A stretch of 64,000 bases of DNA, from positions 64,001 through 128,000 of the forward strand of contig OZ242372.1 of assembly GCA_965209035.1 (NCBI GenBank), in the 5' to 3' direction. Source of the DNA: Gammaproteobacteria bacterium. Lineage in GTDB: Bacteria; Pseudomonadota; Gammaproteobacteria; CBDBNL01; JAAOII01. How positions within the stretch are numbered: position 1 is the stretch's first letter; the number at the start of each line of letters is the position of its first letter. Below, one piece after another: positions 46,546 to 57,545 of the stretch. Below the pieces are notes generated by a model that saw only the letters and a list, made by a program, of their open reading frames with translations, searched no databases and was not told the DNA's origin. Position numbers and translations under genes: made by a program.

Positions 46546-47982
46546 TTAGCGATTAACGGCAGTCGGGTGAGAAGTTTGCACATGCTTGCGCAGATCGTCA
46601 AAGCACGGAGCAAACGGCGGCCGGGAAACAAAATTGCCGGCACCCTCTTCCACCATAGGTTCTCCTTCCCGGAAAACAACGCGCCCGTTGGCAATAGTCA
46701 CTCGGTTAATCCCCTCTACTGTGCGGCCTTCAAATACATTAAAATCCACATTTTGCAAATGCTCCTTGGCGGAAATAGTCCGCTTCGCTTTCGGATCCCA
46801 AACAACAACATCCGCATCCGCCCCGACATTTAATGAGCCTTTGCGCGGGTAAATGTTAAATATTTTTGCGGCATTGGCGGAAGTGAGTGCCACAAAATCG
46901 TTCATTGTGATGCGTCCTTTGTTCACCCCGTAATGCCACAGGAGGTGCATTCTGTCCTGCAAGCCGTTGGTGCCGTTGGGGATCTTGGTAAAATCGCCCT
47001 TGCCCATGGCCTTTTGTGCGTGCTTGAATACGCAATGATCCGTGCCAATCACCATAATGTCGCCGTTGTTCAGGGCATTCCAAAGTGCTTCTTGATGCTC
47101 TTTGGGACGAAACGGCGGGCTCATCACATGGGCGGCCGCCTTCGTCCAATCCTTGTCGTAATAGACTGCCTCGTTCACGAGAAGGTGACCAATTAAGGCC
47201 TCACCAATCACGGTTTTACCGCTGCGTCTCCCCCGACTGATTGCATCCAAAGCCTGCTTACAGGATGTGTGCACAATGTAAACTGGTACACCCAGTTCGT
47301 TGGCAATCACAATTGCCCGATTTGCCGCCTCGCCTTCCACTTCCGGCGGGCGCGAGAGCGGATGCCCTTCCGGCCCCGTAATTCCGGCTTTAAGCAACTC
47401 TTTCTGTTTGCGAAAGACCAGTTCGCCGTTTTCGGCGTGAATGGTGCATATAGCCCCCAGTTCGCGCGCTGTCCGGAAACTGCTGACCATAATTTCGTCA
47501 TCCACCATAATGGCGCCTTTGTATGCCATGAAATGCTTAAAACTGTTAATGCCGGACTTAACAATTTCCGCCATTTCCGCGGGCATATCCTCATCCCACC
47601 AGGTCACTGCCATATGGAAACTGTAATCCATGCATGCCTTTTGGGCCCGCTCTTGCCACTGTTTCAAGGCATCCTTCATCCGTTGTTGCGGATTTGGAAT
47701 GACAAAGTCTATCAACATGGTCGTTCCGCCCGCCAGGGCGGCCCGGGTGCCGGTGAAGAAATCATCCGCGGAGACTGTCCCCATAAAGGGCAATTCCATA
47801 TGTGTGTGCGGGTCAATACCACCGGGCATCACATAGCAGCCTGTGGCATCAATCACTTCTTTAACTCCGGAACTGCCAATGTTATCTTCCGCGCAAGAAA
47901 TGTGCCCATCCTCTATTAAGAGGTCCGCCGGCCGACTGCTTTCCGCAGTGACCAGCGTTCCGTTTTTAATTAAGATACTCAT
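46546..47982 (-). CDS. hydA: Dihydropyrimidinase
   Basis: PGGIDPHTH, SFKHFMAYK, HAENG, MSPP.R, TDHC and IPNG. Confidence 0.95.
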   Translation of the reverse strand: MSILIKNGTLVTAESSRPADLLIEDGHISCAEDNIGSSGVKEVIDATGCYVMPGGIDPHTHMELPFMGTVSADDFFTGTRAALAGGTTMLIDFVIPNPQQRMKDALKQWQERAQKACMDYSFHMAVTWWDEDMPAEMAEIVKSGINSFKHFMAYKGAIMVDDEIMVSSFRTARELGAICTIHAENGELVFRKQKELLKAGITGPEGHPLSRPPEVEGEAANRAIVIANELGVPVYIVHTSCKQALDAISRGRRSGKTVIGEALIGHLLVNEAVYYDKDWTKAAAHVMSPPFRPKEHQEALWNALNNGDIMVIGTDHCVFKHAQKAMGKGDFTKIPNGTNGLQDRMHLLWHYGVNKGRITMNDFVALTSANAAKIFNIYPRKGSLNVGADADVVVWDPKAKRTISAKEHLQNVDFNVFEGRTVEGINRVTIANGRVVFREGEPMVEEGAGNFVSRPPFAPCFDDLRKHVQTSHPTAVNR

Positions 47983-47999
47983 TATTCTTATCCTTATCC

Positions 48000-49271
48000 T
48001 TATTCTTTGCCTTCTTTTATTTTATTCATATTCATCACCATAGAAAGAGCCGAATAGAGCACAAAGCCCGCAATAACGCCCATCAAAGGTGGCACAAACG
48101 GACTATAAAATGCGATCAAACAACCGCCGACATAGGACAAGAGCCCGACGAAATTCAACGATTGAATGGTGTTCCCCGCTTCCGCGAGCAACGGATACTT
48201 CCCTCTGTGGACAACAAAGAAATCGGCAATCAGAATGCCGCCGATGGGCGGAATAAAGGTGCTAAGAAACAAGGTGAACGGGACAATTGCATTGTGAAAT
48301 CCGAGCAAGGCGACAATTGTTCCAATCAGCGCGCCGGCCAGGGTAATGGTTTTTCTGCGGTCTGTCCGAAAGAAATTGCTTCCCGCAACGGAAAAGTTGT
48401 AGATGGTGTTATCTTGTGTTGTCCAGATATTCAAGAACAACATCATAATACCCAATACGAGCAACCCTTGTGTGACAAGAATGTCGGCGATGTCCGCTTG
48501 TTGATAAATCAAGGAACCGTATGCCCCCATAAACACCATTAAGCCGTTGACAAACAAGAAGGCAAACAATGCCGTCCAAACTGCCGAAGATGGCTTGGAA
48601 GCAAAGCGTGTCCAGTTGGTGGACTGGGTGCCACCGCTAACAAATGTACCGACAATCACCGCAATTGCCGTGGCAACCGTCAGGTCTCCCGTTCCTTGGA
48701 GCGATTGCAAACCGTCAAAGCCACCGGCATCCCGGGAAGCGATGACAATACTGACAATGATGAGAATGAACATCAAAGGCACCGCCACGATGGAAAGGCG
48801 TTCCAGCCCGCGATAGCCGATAAAAGCCGTCCAACAAAATGCCAAGCCAAAAAAGACCATCAAAGCATAAATAAACGTTTGACTGTCTATCCCCGTGTAT
48901 CTTGCCAAGATTTCGGCAATGGTTCCCGTTCCCCAGGCATACCAGAGAACCTGGGTGAGACCGAGTACCAGATCCACCAGTTTGCTGCCCTGATCGCCAA
49001 AACTAAATCGGGCAAGAAGGACGGTATTGAGTCCTGTCTTGGCGGCAATATAGCCGAGAACGGCAACATAGGAACCCAGTAACAGGTTACCTAACAAAAT
49101 AACCAGAATCAGGTCCGGGAAAAAGTTAAAAGAACCTCCTATTCTGGCACCTGCGAACATGGTGGCGGAAAAAAAGGTGAACCCTGTCAGAACCCAGAGC
49201 AAGGACCAAACGCTTTTGCGTTGGCCTTGGGGAACTTCTTGTAAGGGAAAGTCTTGCGAGTTTTTGTTCAT
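48000..49271 (-). CDS. codB: Cytosine permease
   Basis: GFTFFSA.M, L.RFSFG..GS, G.F.SGGT and NIWTT.DN..Y; start placed at MNKNSQ. Confidence 0.88.
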   Translation of the reverse strand: MNKNSQDFPLQEVPQGQRKSVWSLLWVLTGFTFFSATMFAGARIGGSFNFFPDLILVILLGNLLLGSYVAVLGYIAAKTGLNTVLLARFSFGDQGSKLVDLVLGLTQVLWYAWGTGTIAEILARYTGIDSQTFIYALMVFFGLAFCWTAFIGYRGLERLSIVAVPLMFILIIVSIVIASRDAGGFDGLQSLQGTGDLTVATAIAVIVGTFVSGGTQSTNWTRFASKPSSAVWTALFAFLFVNGLMVFMGAYGSLIYQQADIADILVTQGLLVLGIMMLFLNIWTTQDNTIYNFSVAGSNFFRTDRRKTITLAGALIGTIVALLGFHNAIVPFTLFLSTFIPPIGGILIADFFVVHRGKYPLLAEAGNTIQSLNFVGLLSYVGGCLIAFYSPFVPPLMGVIAGFVLYSALSMVMNMNKIKEGKE

Positions 49272-49315
49272 AATATTTCTTCTTGTTGAGATTGAGATTA
49301 AAAAATTAAATCGTC

Positions 49316-49750
49316 TTAGTCGCCGATATCCTCGTTCCAGAGATCGGGTTTGTTTGCGATGAATGTTTTCATCATATCTATGCATTCTTTCAGTTCCAAG
49401 TCAAGCACCGCGACGCCTTTGGAACGCAGCAGGTCCGCGGAACCGGGGAAATTGACCGACTCACCGACCACCACCTTGGGGATCTTAAACTGAACAATGG
49501 TCCCGCCACACATATAACAAGGAAACAGAGTGGAATAAAGCACGGTGTCGCGATAGTTGCCGATACGCCCGGCATTATTTAAGCAATCCATCTCGGCGTG
49601 GAGAATTGGATTTTTTTCTTGCACTCTTTTGTTATGCCCTTTGGCAATCACTTCATTATTGCGGACAAGGACAGAACCAATCGGAATTCCGCCTTCTTGT
49701 AAACTCTTTTGGGCCTGTTCTATTGCCAAACGCATGAACGGGTCTGTCAT
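49316..49750 (-). CDS. Cytosine deaminase, yeast FCY1-like (CDA fold)
   Basis: EGGIPIGSVL, HN.RVQ, HAE, PCYMC and WNEDIG. Confidence 0.88.
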   Translation of the reverse strand: MTDPFMRLAIEQAQKSLQEGGIPIGSVLVRNNEVIAKGHNKRVQEKNPILHAEMDCLNNAGRIGNYRDTVLYSTLFPCYMCGGTIVQFKIPKVVVGESVNFPGSADLLRSKGVAVLDLELKECIDMMKTFIANKPDLWNEDIGD

Positions 49751-51030
49751 TTAACCGCCAACACGGTATCCGTCGGGTTAAATCTCTTTTCTTTAATCAT
49801 CCGATTCCAGGAGTCAAACGCGCTGTCGGGGTTCTTGTCTTCCATGGTGATGCAGTCGTCCACAGGACAAACAAGGGCACAAAGATTACACCCCACACAT
49901 TCGTCATACAGGATTTCCGGCACACGGTTATTTTGAGCCGAATTCTCAACGGAAATTGCCTGATGCGAACCGTCTTCGCACGCAATATAACAAAGTTGGC
50001 AACCGATGCACTTATCCGCATCAATGCGCGCAATTGCCCTGTAATTGATATCCAGATCGCCCCACTCGCGATACTGCGGAATCGCCTTACCGCGCAGTTC
50101 GTCGACGGAATGCATTCCCTTGCTATCAAGATAATTACTCAACCCGGCGATCATATCTTGCACAATGCGGTAGCCGTAATGCATGGGTGCCGTGCAGGCC
50201 TGGACGGAAAAACAGCCCAAAGCAATGAACTCGGCCGCATCTCGCCAGTTGGAAACACCGCCTATGCCGGACATCCCAATTTTGAAATCGGGATGGCGCG
50301 CCAAACTGGCAACCATATGCATTGCAATCGGCTTAACTGCCGGACCGCAATAACCGCCGTTGGTGGACGCACCGCGCCCTTTCGGGAAAGGAACAAACTC
50401 ATCCAGATCCACGCCGACAATACTCTTGATGGTATTGATCAAAGAAACACCGTCCGCATTGCCGCGTTGTGCGGCAAGTCCGGGATCCGTAATATCCGTA
50501 ATATTGGGAGTCAACTTGGCAAGAACCGGAATTTGGGCAATATCCGTGACCCAACTGAGGAGTTCTTCCAAAACACGCGGCTCTTGCCCCACCGCGGAAC
50601 CCATACCCCGCTCACACATACCATGCGGGCAACCAAAATTAAGTTCCAGGGCATCCGCACCGGCGTCCTCGCATCGGCGAACGATGGTTTTCCATTCTTC
50701 GCGAGTTTCCACCATCAAAGAGGCGATGATCGCGTTTTGCGGAAACAGCCGTTTGACTTCGGCAATTTCTTTTAGATTCTCGCTAACACCTCTGTCGGAA
50801 ATCAGTTCCAAATTGTTCAGCCCCATCATCTTGCGGCCGCCGTAGTTCACCGAACCGTAAAGGCTGGAAACATTCTTAATCGGGTTGCCTATGGTTTTCC
50901 AGACCACCCCGCCCCAGCCCGCCTCAAAAGCGTTGATGGCTTGGTGTTTGGTATTGGCGGCAGGTCCCGATGCAATCCAAAAAGGATTGGGCGATCTAAT
51001 GCCTTTGAAGTTGATTCTTAAATCTGCCAT
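49747..51030 (-). CDS. preA: Dihydropyrimidine dehydrogenase subunit PreA
   Basis: NPFW.ASGP, GWGGVVWKT, ELNFGCPHGM.ERGMG, KLTPN and two C-terminal 4Fe-4S motifs. Confidence 0.95.
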   Translation of the reverse strand: MADLRINFKGIRSPNPFWIASGPAANTKHQAINAFEAGWGGVVWKTIGNPIKNVSSLYGSVNYGGRKMMGLNNLELISDRGVSENLKEIAEVKRLFPQNAIIASLMVETREEWKTIVRRCEDAGADALELNFGCPHGMCERGMGSAVGQEPRVLEELLSWVTDIAQIPVLAKLTPNITDITDPGLAAQRGNADGVSLINTIKSIVGVDLDEFVPFPKGRGASTNGGYCGPAVKPIAMHMVASLARHPDFKIGMSGIGGVSNWRDAAEFIALGCFSVQACTAPMHYGYRIVQDMIAGLSNYLDSKGMHSVDELRGKAIPQYREWGDLDINYRAIARIDADKCIGCQLCYIACEDGSHQAISVENSAQNNRVPEILYDECVGCNLCALVCPVDDCITMEDKNPDSAFDSWNRMIKEKRFNPTDTVLAVK

Positions 51031-52351
51031 AATAAATTTTTAGTTTTTTTTCTATAAGAACATTGTAAGCCGCTTCCCTGCCCTCGGCAACCGCATTAAC
51101 CACTTCCTTGCCGCCGTTAGCACAGTCGCCGCCGGCATATAGTTTATCCAGGTTGGTTTTCTGAAACTTATCCGCCCGGACACAACCGTTGTCTTCAAGA
51201 ACCAGCTTTGGAAACCACTCCCCAAAAGGATGCCGCTTCTGCCCGGTAGCAAAGACGACCAAATCAGCGGGTACTGTAACTTCCGATGTCGTCGTATCCG
51301 CTCCCGCTTCCGCTTGGGCATACCCAGTCCGAAACACCGCACCGGTCACACGCCCGTTTTTGGTTTCAATCCTTAAAGGAGAATGATGTTGCAAAAATTG
51401 AACACCGAACGAAAGCGCATATCGGAGTTCGTGCCCGTAACCGCTCATCTCTTTTTCCCCTTTGCGGTATGCCAAAGAAACATTCGGGACACCGCAAAGT
51501 GCCAGTTCTTGAACCACATCCAAAGCCGTATTTCCGCCGCCGATCACCAAGGCATTTTTAATGTCTCGGACAGCATCCGGACCGCTATTTTTTAACTTCG
51601 CTATCAATGGCAAGGCACCCGTAATCCCCGCCGTATTTGACGGCACCTCAATTGCCGTTTTATCCGCGGCCAGACCGACACCGATAAAAACAGCATCGTG
51701 TTCTTTCAGGAGGCCGGCCGGATCCGCATCCTCGCCGACTTTTTGGTTATAAAGAATTCGGACACCGAGTTTTTCAATCATTTCCACCTCATTCAAACTG
51801 TTTTTCCGGGATAGTTTGTAAGGCGCAACACCATAGGTGTTCAGACCGCCCGCTTTCTCGGCCGCCTCATAGACGGTGGCATTGCCTCCATTAAGAACAA
51901 TATATGCGGCGAAGGCTAACGAGGCGGGGCCGCCGCCTATGGTACAGACATTCACCTCTTGCCGGGGGGTGTCTTTCTTTAAGGAAGCAATATTTTCATC
52001 CAAGTTCTCCGTATAAAAATGCTCCGTGGCGTACTTCTGTAAGTCGCCGATTCGGATCGGCGGTTCTTCCAGTTTGTTATATACGCAAGAGCCTTCGCAA
52101 AGAACCTCCACAGGACACACTGTCGCGCAAGAATGCCCGAGGATGTTGGAAGCGAGAATGGACTGTGCCGAACCCAACAGATCGTCGGATCCGATACGCG
52201 AGATGAATTGCGGAATGTTAATGCCGGTCGGACATGCGTCAATACAAGGAGCATCAAAACAATTGATGCACCTGTTCGCCTCAACCATTGCATGTTCCGG
52301 TCCGAGAACCGGATGACGGGGAGAATCAAGTTGTTCTTTTTTACGCATCAC
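50996..52351 (-). CDS. preT: Dihydropyrimidine dehydrogenase subunit PreT
   Basis: EA.RC..CFDAPC..ACPT, C..VCP.E.LCEG.C, GGGPA and GGGNTA.D. Confidence 0.9.
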   Translation of the reverse strand: MMRKKEQLDSPRHPVLGPEHAMVEANRCINCFDAPCIDACPTGINIPQFISRIGSDDLLGSAQSILASNILGHSCATVCPVEVLCEGSCVYNKLEEPPIRIGDLQKYATEHFYTENLDENIASLKKDTPRQEVNVCTIGGGPASLAFAAYIVLNGGNATVYEAAEKAGGLNTYGVAPYKLSRKNSLNEVEMIEKLGVRILYNQKVGEDADPAGLLKEHDAVFIGVGLAADKTAIEVPSNTAGITGALPLIAKLKNSGPDAVRDIKNALVIGGGNTALDVVQELALCGVPNVSLAYRKGEKEMSGYGHELRYALSFGVQFLQHHSPLRIETKNGRVTGAVFRTGYAQAEAGADTTTSEVTVPADLVVFATGQKRHPFGEWFPKLVLEDNGCVRADKFQKTNLDKLYAGGDCANGGKEVVNAVAEGREAAYNVLIEKKLKIYYGRFKNQLQRH

Positions 52352-52448
52352 TTATCTTATATGTTTATGTTTATGTTATATGTTTTCTATGCATGTTTTG
52401 CATGTTTCCCGTTCTCTGTTCCCCGGTTGCCGCTATATGTAATGTATG

Positions 52449-53315
52449 CTATATTTCAAGCATCTTATCGTAGGTTTCCGGTCGTCTGTCGCGGAAAAAA
52501 TGCCACACATTTCGCACTTCATTGATCATATCCAGGTCCAGTTCCGATATCACAAGAGCGTCATTGTCACGCGGTCCGATATCCAAAATCTTCCCGCGCG
52601 GATCCACATGATAACTGCTGCCGTAAAACTCGCCGATATTCCACGGGGATTCCTTGCCAACCCGATTAATGCATCCCATAAAGTAACCGTTTGCCACGGC
52701 ATGCGCCGGCTGTTCCAGTTTCCACAGATACTCGGACAGCCCCGCCACTGTGGCGGAAGGATTATAAACAATCTCGGCACCGTTTAGCCCGAGAATGCGC
52801 GCACCCTCCGGGAAATGGCGATCGTAACAAATGTAAACCCCCACACGGCCATAACGCGTTTGAAATACCGGATAGGTCGGGTCGCCGGGCTTGAAGAAAT
52901 ACTTCTCCCAAAAACCGCTGGTATGCGGGATATGCTTTTTACGATACTTCCCCAAATACTTTCCGTCCGCATCCACAACGGCCGCCGTATTGTAGTAGAT
53001 GCCGTCCCGCACTTTTTCATATACGGGAATCACCATGACCATTTCGTATTTCTTGGCGTAAGGAACCAGGGCTTCCACAGTCGGCCCCGGTACAGGTTCC
53101 GCCGCCGCATACCAGCGCGGATCCTGTGAAGGGCAAAAATAGGGGCCGTTAAAAATTTCTTGCAGACACAGAATCTGCACGCCCTTTTTACCGGCATCCT
53201 CTATGAAAGGAATATGATGGTCGAAAGCCGCCTGTTGAATTTCGGCAACAGGCTTGCTTTCATCGTTAAGCGGATTGCGGCATTGAATTAAGCCGCTGAT
53301 AACTTTCCGAGACAT
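52449..53315 (-). CDS. Beta-ureidopropionase (nitrilase family)
   Basis: LQEIF, YRK.HIP, FWEK.FF and ICYDRHFPEG. Confidence 0.9.
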   Translation of the reverse strand: MSRKVISGLIQCRNPLNDESKPVAEIQQAAFDHHIPFIEDAGKKGVQILCLQEIFNGPYFCPSQDPRWYAAAEPVPGPTVEALVPYAKKYEMVMVIPVYEKVRDGIYYNTAAVVDADGKYLGKYRKKHIPHTSGFWEKYFFKPGDPTYPVFQTRYGRVGVYICYDRHFPEGARILGLNGAEIVYNPSATVAGLSEYLWKLEQPAHAVANGYFMGCINRVGKESPWNIGEFYGSSYHVDPRGKILDIGPRDNDALVISELDLDMINEVRNVWHFFRDRRPETYDKMLEI

Positions 53316-53336
53316 GCTATTCTCTTTGTCGACCAG

Positions 53337-54806
53337 TTAAGCGGTCGCTTCCTTGGGTCCGACCATCGGAGAAAGCATCACATACAGAACCAATCCGATA
53401 AAAGCACCCGAAAACCAGCCGTACTGATACAACCAGAATATGGGACTCTCGCTGCCGGCATTGAAAGCAATCAGCGCCAAAGCCGCCGGCAACAGGAAAG
53501 AAATGATTCCCGCCCAGTTGTACTTGCCATAAGAACTGTCATCCTTGTAGAGTTCCGGGACATTTAATTTTTGTCTGCGGATAAGATAAAAGTCGGCAAT
53601 CATCACGCCCGCAATCGGTCCGAGCAAACTGGAATAGGACAACAACCAATTGGAATAAAGCGACTCAAGACTCACCTCGGAAGTAACAAAACCGCTGCGC
53701 CGCAGAACTTCCCAGATCACCAACAAGGTGGCGACCAAGGCGGTCAGCAGCACGCCGCGCGACATGTTGATCACGCGTGGCATGATGTTTTGAAAGTCAT
53801 TCGTAGGGGCAACCATATTTGCGGCGGCATTCGTGGAAATTGTCGCCAGAATAATGATCACCATGGCAATAACAACCCAAAAACCGCTGTCTATTTTGCC
53901 GATCAGGGTAACGGGATCCGATATGGTTTCGCCAAACAGGCTCAACGAAGCGGCTGTCATCACAACCCCAAGTGCGGAAAACAAAAACATCGTCACCGGC
54001 AAGCCGATAATTTGTCCGGTGATTTGATCTTTCTGTGAAACGACATAACGCGAGAAATCCGGAATGTTTAACGCAAGAGTAGCCCAAAAGCCCACCATAG
54101 CGGTTAAGCCGCCCAGAAAATAAGGAATGAAACTTGCATTCGGATCGCGATTTGCCGGCTGTGAAAACACCGCCGCCATATCCGCATTGATCCAACCCCA
54201 GATCAACAACACGACTCCCACTACCAAAAGAAGAGGCGCCGCAATGGTTTCCAACATCTTAATGGACTCAAAGCCGCGAATTACCACATACACATTGAGA
54301 GCCATAAAGAGAAAGAACCCGATGAAAAAGCCAACTCCGCCAAGAGCCGACCAGCCGGGGATCAAGTTGTCAAAAAGGATGTCCACGGCAAGTCCGCCAA
54401 ACAGACATTGGATACCGAACCAACCACACGCAATCAGACCGCGCAAAACTGCCGGAATATTGGAGCCGATCACGCCAAAAGATGAGCGCAACAGGACGGG
54501 AAACGGTATGCCGTATTTTGTCCCGGGAACCGCGTTCAAAAGAAGCGGCACCAGAATAATAATGTTTGCCAGCAGAATCGTAACCAACGCTTCAGTTACC
54601 GACAAGCCAAAATAAGCGACCAAAACGCCGCCGAGAGTATAAGTGGGGACACAAATGGACATGCCAACCCAAAGGGCGGAAACATGCCATTTGTTCCAGG
54701 TTCTTTCGGCGCGCTTGGAGGGCGCGAGATTATTGTTGAACGCCTTTTGATCGGAGATCTTTTGCAGATCGCCAACCGACAGTTCGTAGATTTCAGAATT
54801 AGACAT
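53337..54806 (-). CDS. NCS1 nucleobase:cation symporter (uracil/pyrimidine)
   Basis: LWVGM, G.KYGIPFPV..R.SFG..G, FWATL.LNIPDFSRY and N.AAN.V.P. Confidence 0.93.
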   Translation of the reverse strand: MSNSEIYELSVGDLQKISDQKAFNNNLAPSKRAERTWNKWHVSALWVGMSICVPTYTLGGVLVAYFGLSVTEALVTILLANIIILVPLLLNAVPGTKYGIPFPVLLRSSFGVIGSNIPAVLRGLIACGWFGIQCLFGGLAVDILFDNLIPGWSALGGVGFFIGFFLFMALNVYVVIRGFESIKMLETIAAPLLLVVGVVLLIWGWINADMAAVFSQPANRDPNASFIPYFLGGLTAMVGFWATLALNIPDFSRYVVSQKDQITGQIIGLPVTMFLFSALGVVMTAASLSLFGETISDPVTLIGKIDSGFWVVIAMVIIILATISTNAAANMVAPTNDFQNIMPRVINMSRGVLLTALVATLLVIWEVLRRSGFVTSEVSLESLYSNWLLSYSSLLGPIAGVMIADFYLIRRQKLNVPELYKDDSSYGKYNWAGIISFLLPAALALIAFNAGSESPIFWLYQYGWFSGAFIGLVLYVMLSPMVGPKEATA

Positions 54807-55047
54807 AATTAATATTTAGTTTGTTTTAATTAAGTTATAAATTTTATATTTCTCATTATAAAGAGAAAATATCTTTAATGACATTTTGCAACTCTTTAAG
54901 AGAATAATTTAAAAAACACAGATCCGCGGAATTTTTCCAATAAATGTATGTATATCTATGTCCGCCAAAGTGCTTGAACTGTTTGGCGTGTGATTGCCTG
55001 TCTGTCGTTTTCTTTTATCGCGCGACAGAACGCGCAAATCGGGAAAA

Positions 55048-56007
55048 TTAGGAAAAACGGGAAAAACGAACCGAAAAATCCGTCGCAATCACATCCTTGG
55101 TCAGCCGCCCCAAAGAGATCCTGTCGGGTTGCAGTTGCATTACATCCGTTAGTTCGCTCTCGTTCTTGATACCGGAAACCTCCAAACACACATTGCGGTT
55201 AGTCAGATTTCTTAATGCTATGGCATCTTGCAGATCCTTGGCGGAAAAGTTATCCAAAAGGATCACATCCCGGCCGTCTCCTCCCTCCGCAGGATAGGTC
55301 CCCAAGTAGCGGAGACCGGCCCGCACTTCCGCCAAGTTCTCCGTTTCCAAAATCAGTTCCCGCCCCGGGGACGCAAGACGGGCGCGGCGAATTAAGGATT
55401 CCACATCGCTTTGCACTGATTGCGCTGCCAGAATATGATTTTCTTTAATGAGAATCGCATCATACAGCCCCATCCGGTGATTGTCGCAGCCGCCGATGCG
55501 CACCGCGTACTTTTGCGCGTCTCTCAGTCCCGGCACGGTCTTGCGCGTATCTAAAATCTTGCCCCGATAACCACAAGATTTTGCCAGGTTGGCGTAATAG
55601 GCGGCGCGCGTCGCCGTGCCGGAAAGAGTCTGCAATAAATTCAAAGCGGTCCGTTCTCCCGCCAAAAGAAGTTTTGCCCGACCGGATAGCCGGCAGACAT
55701 CGCCCGGGGTGAGATGCTCGCCTTCTTTTTTCAACCAGTGCATCATGATCCGGTTGCCCTGCTTCTTTAAAGGACCCGGATACTCGGCAAGTTGCCGAAA
55801 ACATTCCGCAAACCAAGAACAACCGCACAAAACCGCCTTTTCATTGAGACGCACCCTCGCTTCAACGATGCTGTCTTCCCCGAGCAACGATGCGGTGATG
55901 TCGGCTTTCAAACTCTTCCGGTTAAGGTCTTCCGCCAAAGCGGTTGCAACGAGCGAACGCATTGCGGTCGCTGACGGGGGTCGGTTATTTTTGTTATGCA
56001 AGTTCAT
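55048..56007 (-). CDS. nadC: Quinolinate phosphoribosyltransferase
   Basis: ERTALN.LQ.LSG.AT, DTRKT.PG.R, HR.GL.D.ILIKENH, LLDN and LEVSG. Confidence 0.95.
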   Translation of the reverse strand: MNLHNKNNRPPSATAMRSLVATALAEDLNRKSLKADITASLLGEDSIVEARVRLNEKAVLCGCSWFAECFRQLAEYPGPLKKQGNRIMMHWLKKEGEHLTPGDVCRLSGRAKLLLAGERTALNLLQTLSGTATRAAYYANLAKSCGYRGKILDTRKTVPGLRDAQKYAVRIGGCDNHRMGLYDAILIKENHILAAQSVQSDVESLIRRARLASPGRELILETENLAEVRAGLRYLGTYPAEGGDGRDVILLDNFSAKDLQDAIALRNLTNRNVCLEVSGIKNESELTDVMQLQPDRISLGRLTKDVIATDFSVRFSRFS

Positions 56008-56138
56008 ACCAAGATTTTAAGCAAAGCCGTTTCTCTTACCGCATTTTCCGGTATGATTGTCGCCGAACCGACAATGCTTTGGTGATTTTTGGTGATTAAT
56101 GTGCCAACACAAAAAGCAAAACATACTAAAATAATTCT

Positions 56139-57539
56139 ATGACGATTATGAACAAAAGCATTCCCCGGGAGATCTTTCGCGCATACGACATCCGAGGCAT
56201 TCTCGGCAGCCAGTTAACCCCGGCGTTGTTTGAAAAGATTGGTATGGGCTTCGGCACGATGATGCGCGATGAAAAACAAGACGCCCTGGCAGTCGGTTAT
56301 GACGGCAGATTATCAAGCCCCGACCTGGCGGCGGGCCTCATCAAAGGCCTAAGACACACAGGGCGGAAGGTCATCCGTGTTGGTATGGTGCCTACCCCTT
56401 GTTTGTATCATGCGGTGCATAAACTGAAATTGGGCGGCGGCATTATGATCACAGGCAGCCATAACCCGCCCGAATACAACGGTTGCAAAATGATGATGAG
56501 CGGCCGAACCCTTGCCATGGACGACATCCAAAGACTATACGGATACTGTGCGGATGCCGGTCTTCCAAATAGTAACAGCAGCGGCACCCAGGAAGAACCG
56601 GACTTCCCGCCGCAATACGCGCGGGATCTAATAGACCACCGGCCATTAAGTCGCTCTTGCAGGCTGGTGGTGGACAGTGGCAACGGGGTCACCGGGGCAT
56701 TTGCGCCGGCAATTTATCGCGCCCTCGGCGCGGAAGTGGACGAACTGTATTGCGAAGTGGACGGCAATTTTCCAAACCATCATCCGGATCCGGGCAAACC
56801 GGAAAATCTGCGTGATCTCCAAAAGGAGGTCGCGCGCAAAAAAGCCGACCTTGGTTTTGCGTTTGACGGCGACGGAGATCGACTCGGTCTGGTAACCGGC
56901 GCCGGCACCATTATTTACCCGGATCGGATGATGATGCTCTTTGCCCGGGATCTGCTGCAACGCAAGCCGGGCGCCAAAATCGTGTTTGATGTGAAATGCA
57001 CCTCGCGGCTGCCCGAGTTCATCAAAGCGCACGGCGGCGAGCCGATTATGTGGAAAACAGGCCATTCGCTAATTAAACGCAAAATGAAAGAAACCGGCGC
57101 CCTCTTGGGCGGTGAAATGAGCGGGCATCTGTTTTTTGCCGAAGATTGGACGGGAGCGGACGATGCCCTGCTGGCGGGTGTTCGTCTGCTGCGCATAATA
57201 GAAAAATCCGGTAAGAATATTGAAGACCTCTGCGCCGAACTGCCGGACAGCATCAGCACCCCGGAAATTAACTTGACCGTGGGCGAAAAAGAAAAGTCCG
57301 ATATTATGGACAAACTCATAACGCAAGGAACCTTTGAAACCGACAAGATCATTACGATAGACGGACTGCGCGCCGAATACGCCGACGGTTGGGGGCTTGT
57401 GCGGGCTTCCAACACCAGTCCCATCTTGGTGCTGCGCTTTGAAGCCGAAACCCGCAATGCGCTGCAACGGATTGCGGCAATCTTTCGGCGGGAGCTCAAA
57501 AAATGTTCCGTGCGGACAGAGACGGATTTTGGGGCATAG
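56139..57539 (+). CDS. algC: Phosphomannomutase/phosphoglucomutase
   Basis: FRAYDIRG, TGSHNP, FDGDGDR, GEMSGH and RASNT. Confidence 0.95.
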   Translation: MTIMNKSIPREIFRAYDIRGILGSQLTPALFEKIGMGFGTMMRDEKQDALAVGYDGRLSSPDLAAGLIKGLRHTGRKVIRVGMVPTPCLYHAVHKLKLGGGIMITGSHNPPEYNGCKMMMSGRTLAMDDIQRLYGYCADAGLPNSNSSGTQEEPDFPPQYARDLIDHRPLSRSCRLVVDSGNGVTGAFAPAIYRALGAEVDELYCEVDGNFPNHHPDPGKPENLRDLQKEVARKKADLGFAFDGDGDRLGLVTGAGTIIYPDRMMMLFARDLLQRKPGAKIVFDVKCTSRLPEFIKAHGGEPIMWKTGHSLIKRKMKETGALLGGEMSGHLFFAEDWTGADDALLAGVRLLRIIEKSGKNIEDLCAELPDSISTPEINLTVGEKEKSDIMDKLITQGTFETDKIITIDGLRAEYADGWGLVRASNTSPILVLRFEAETRNALQRIAAIFRRELKKCSVRTETDFGA

Positions 57540-57545
57540 GATAGA

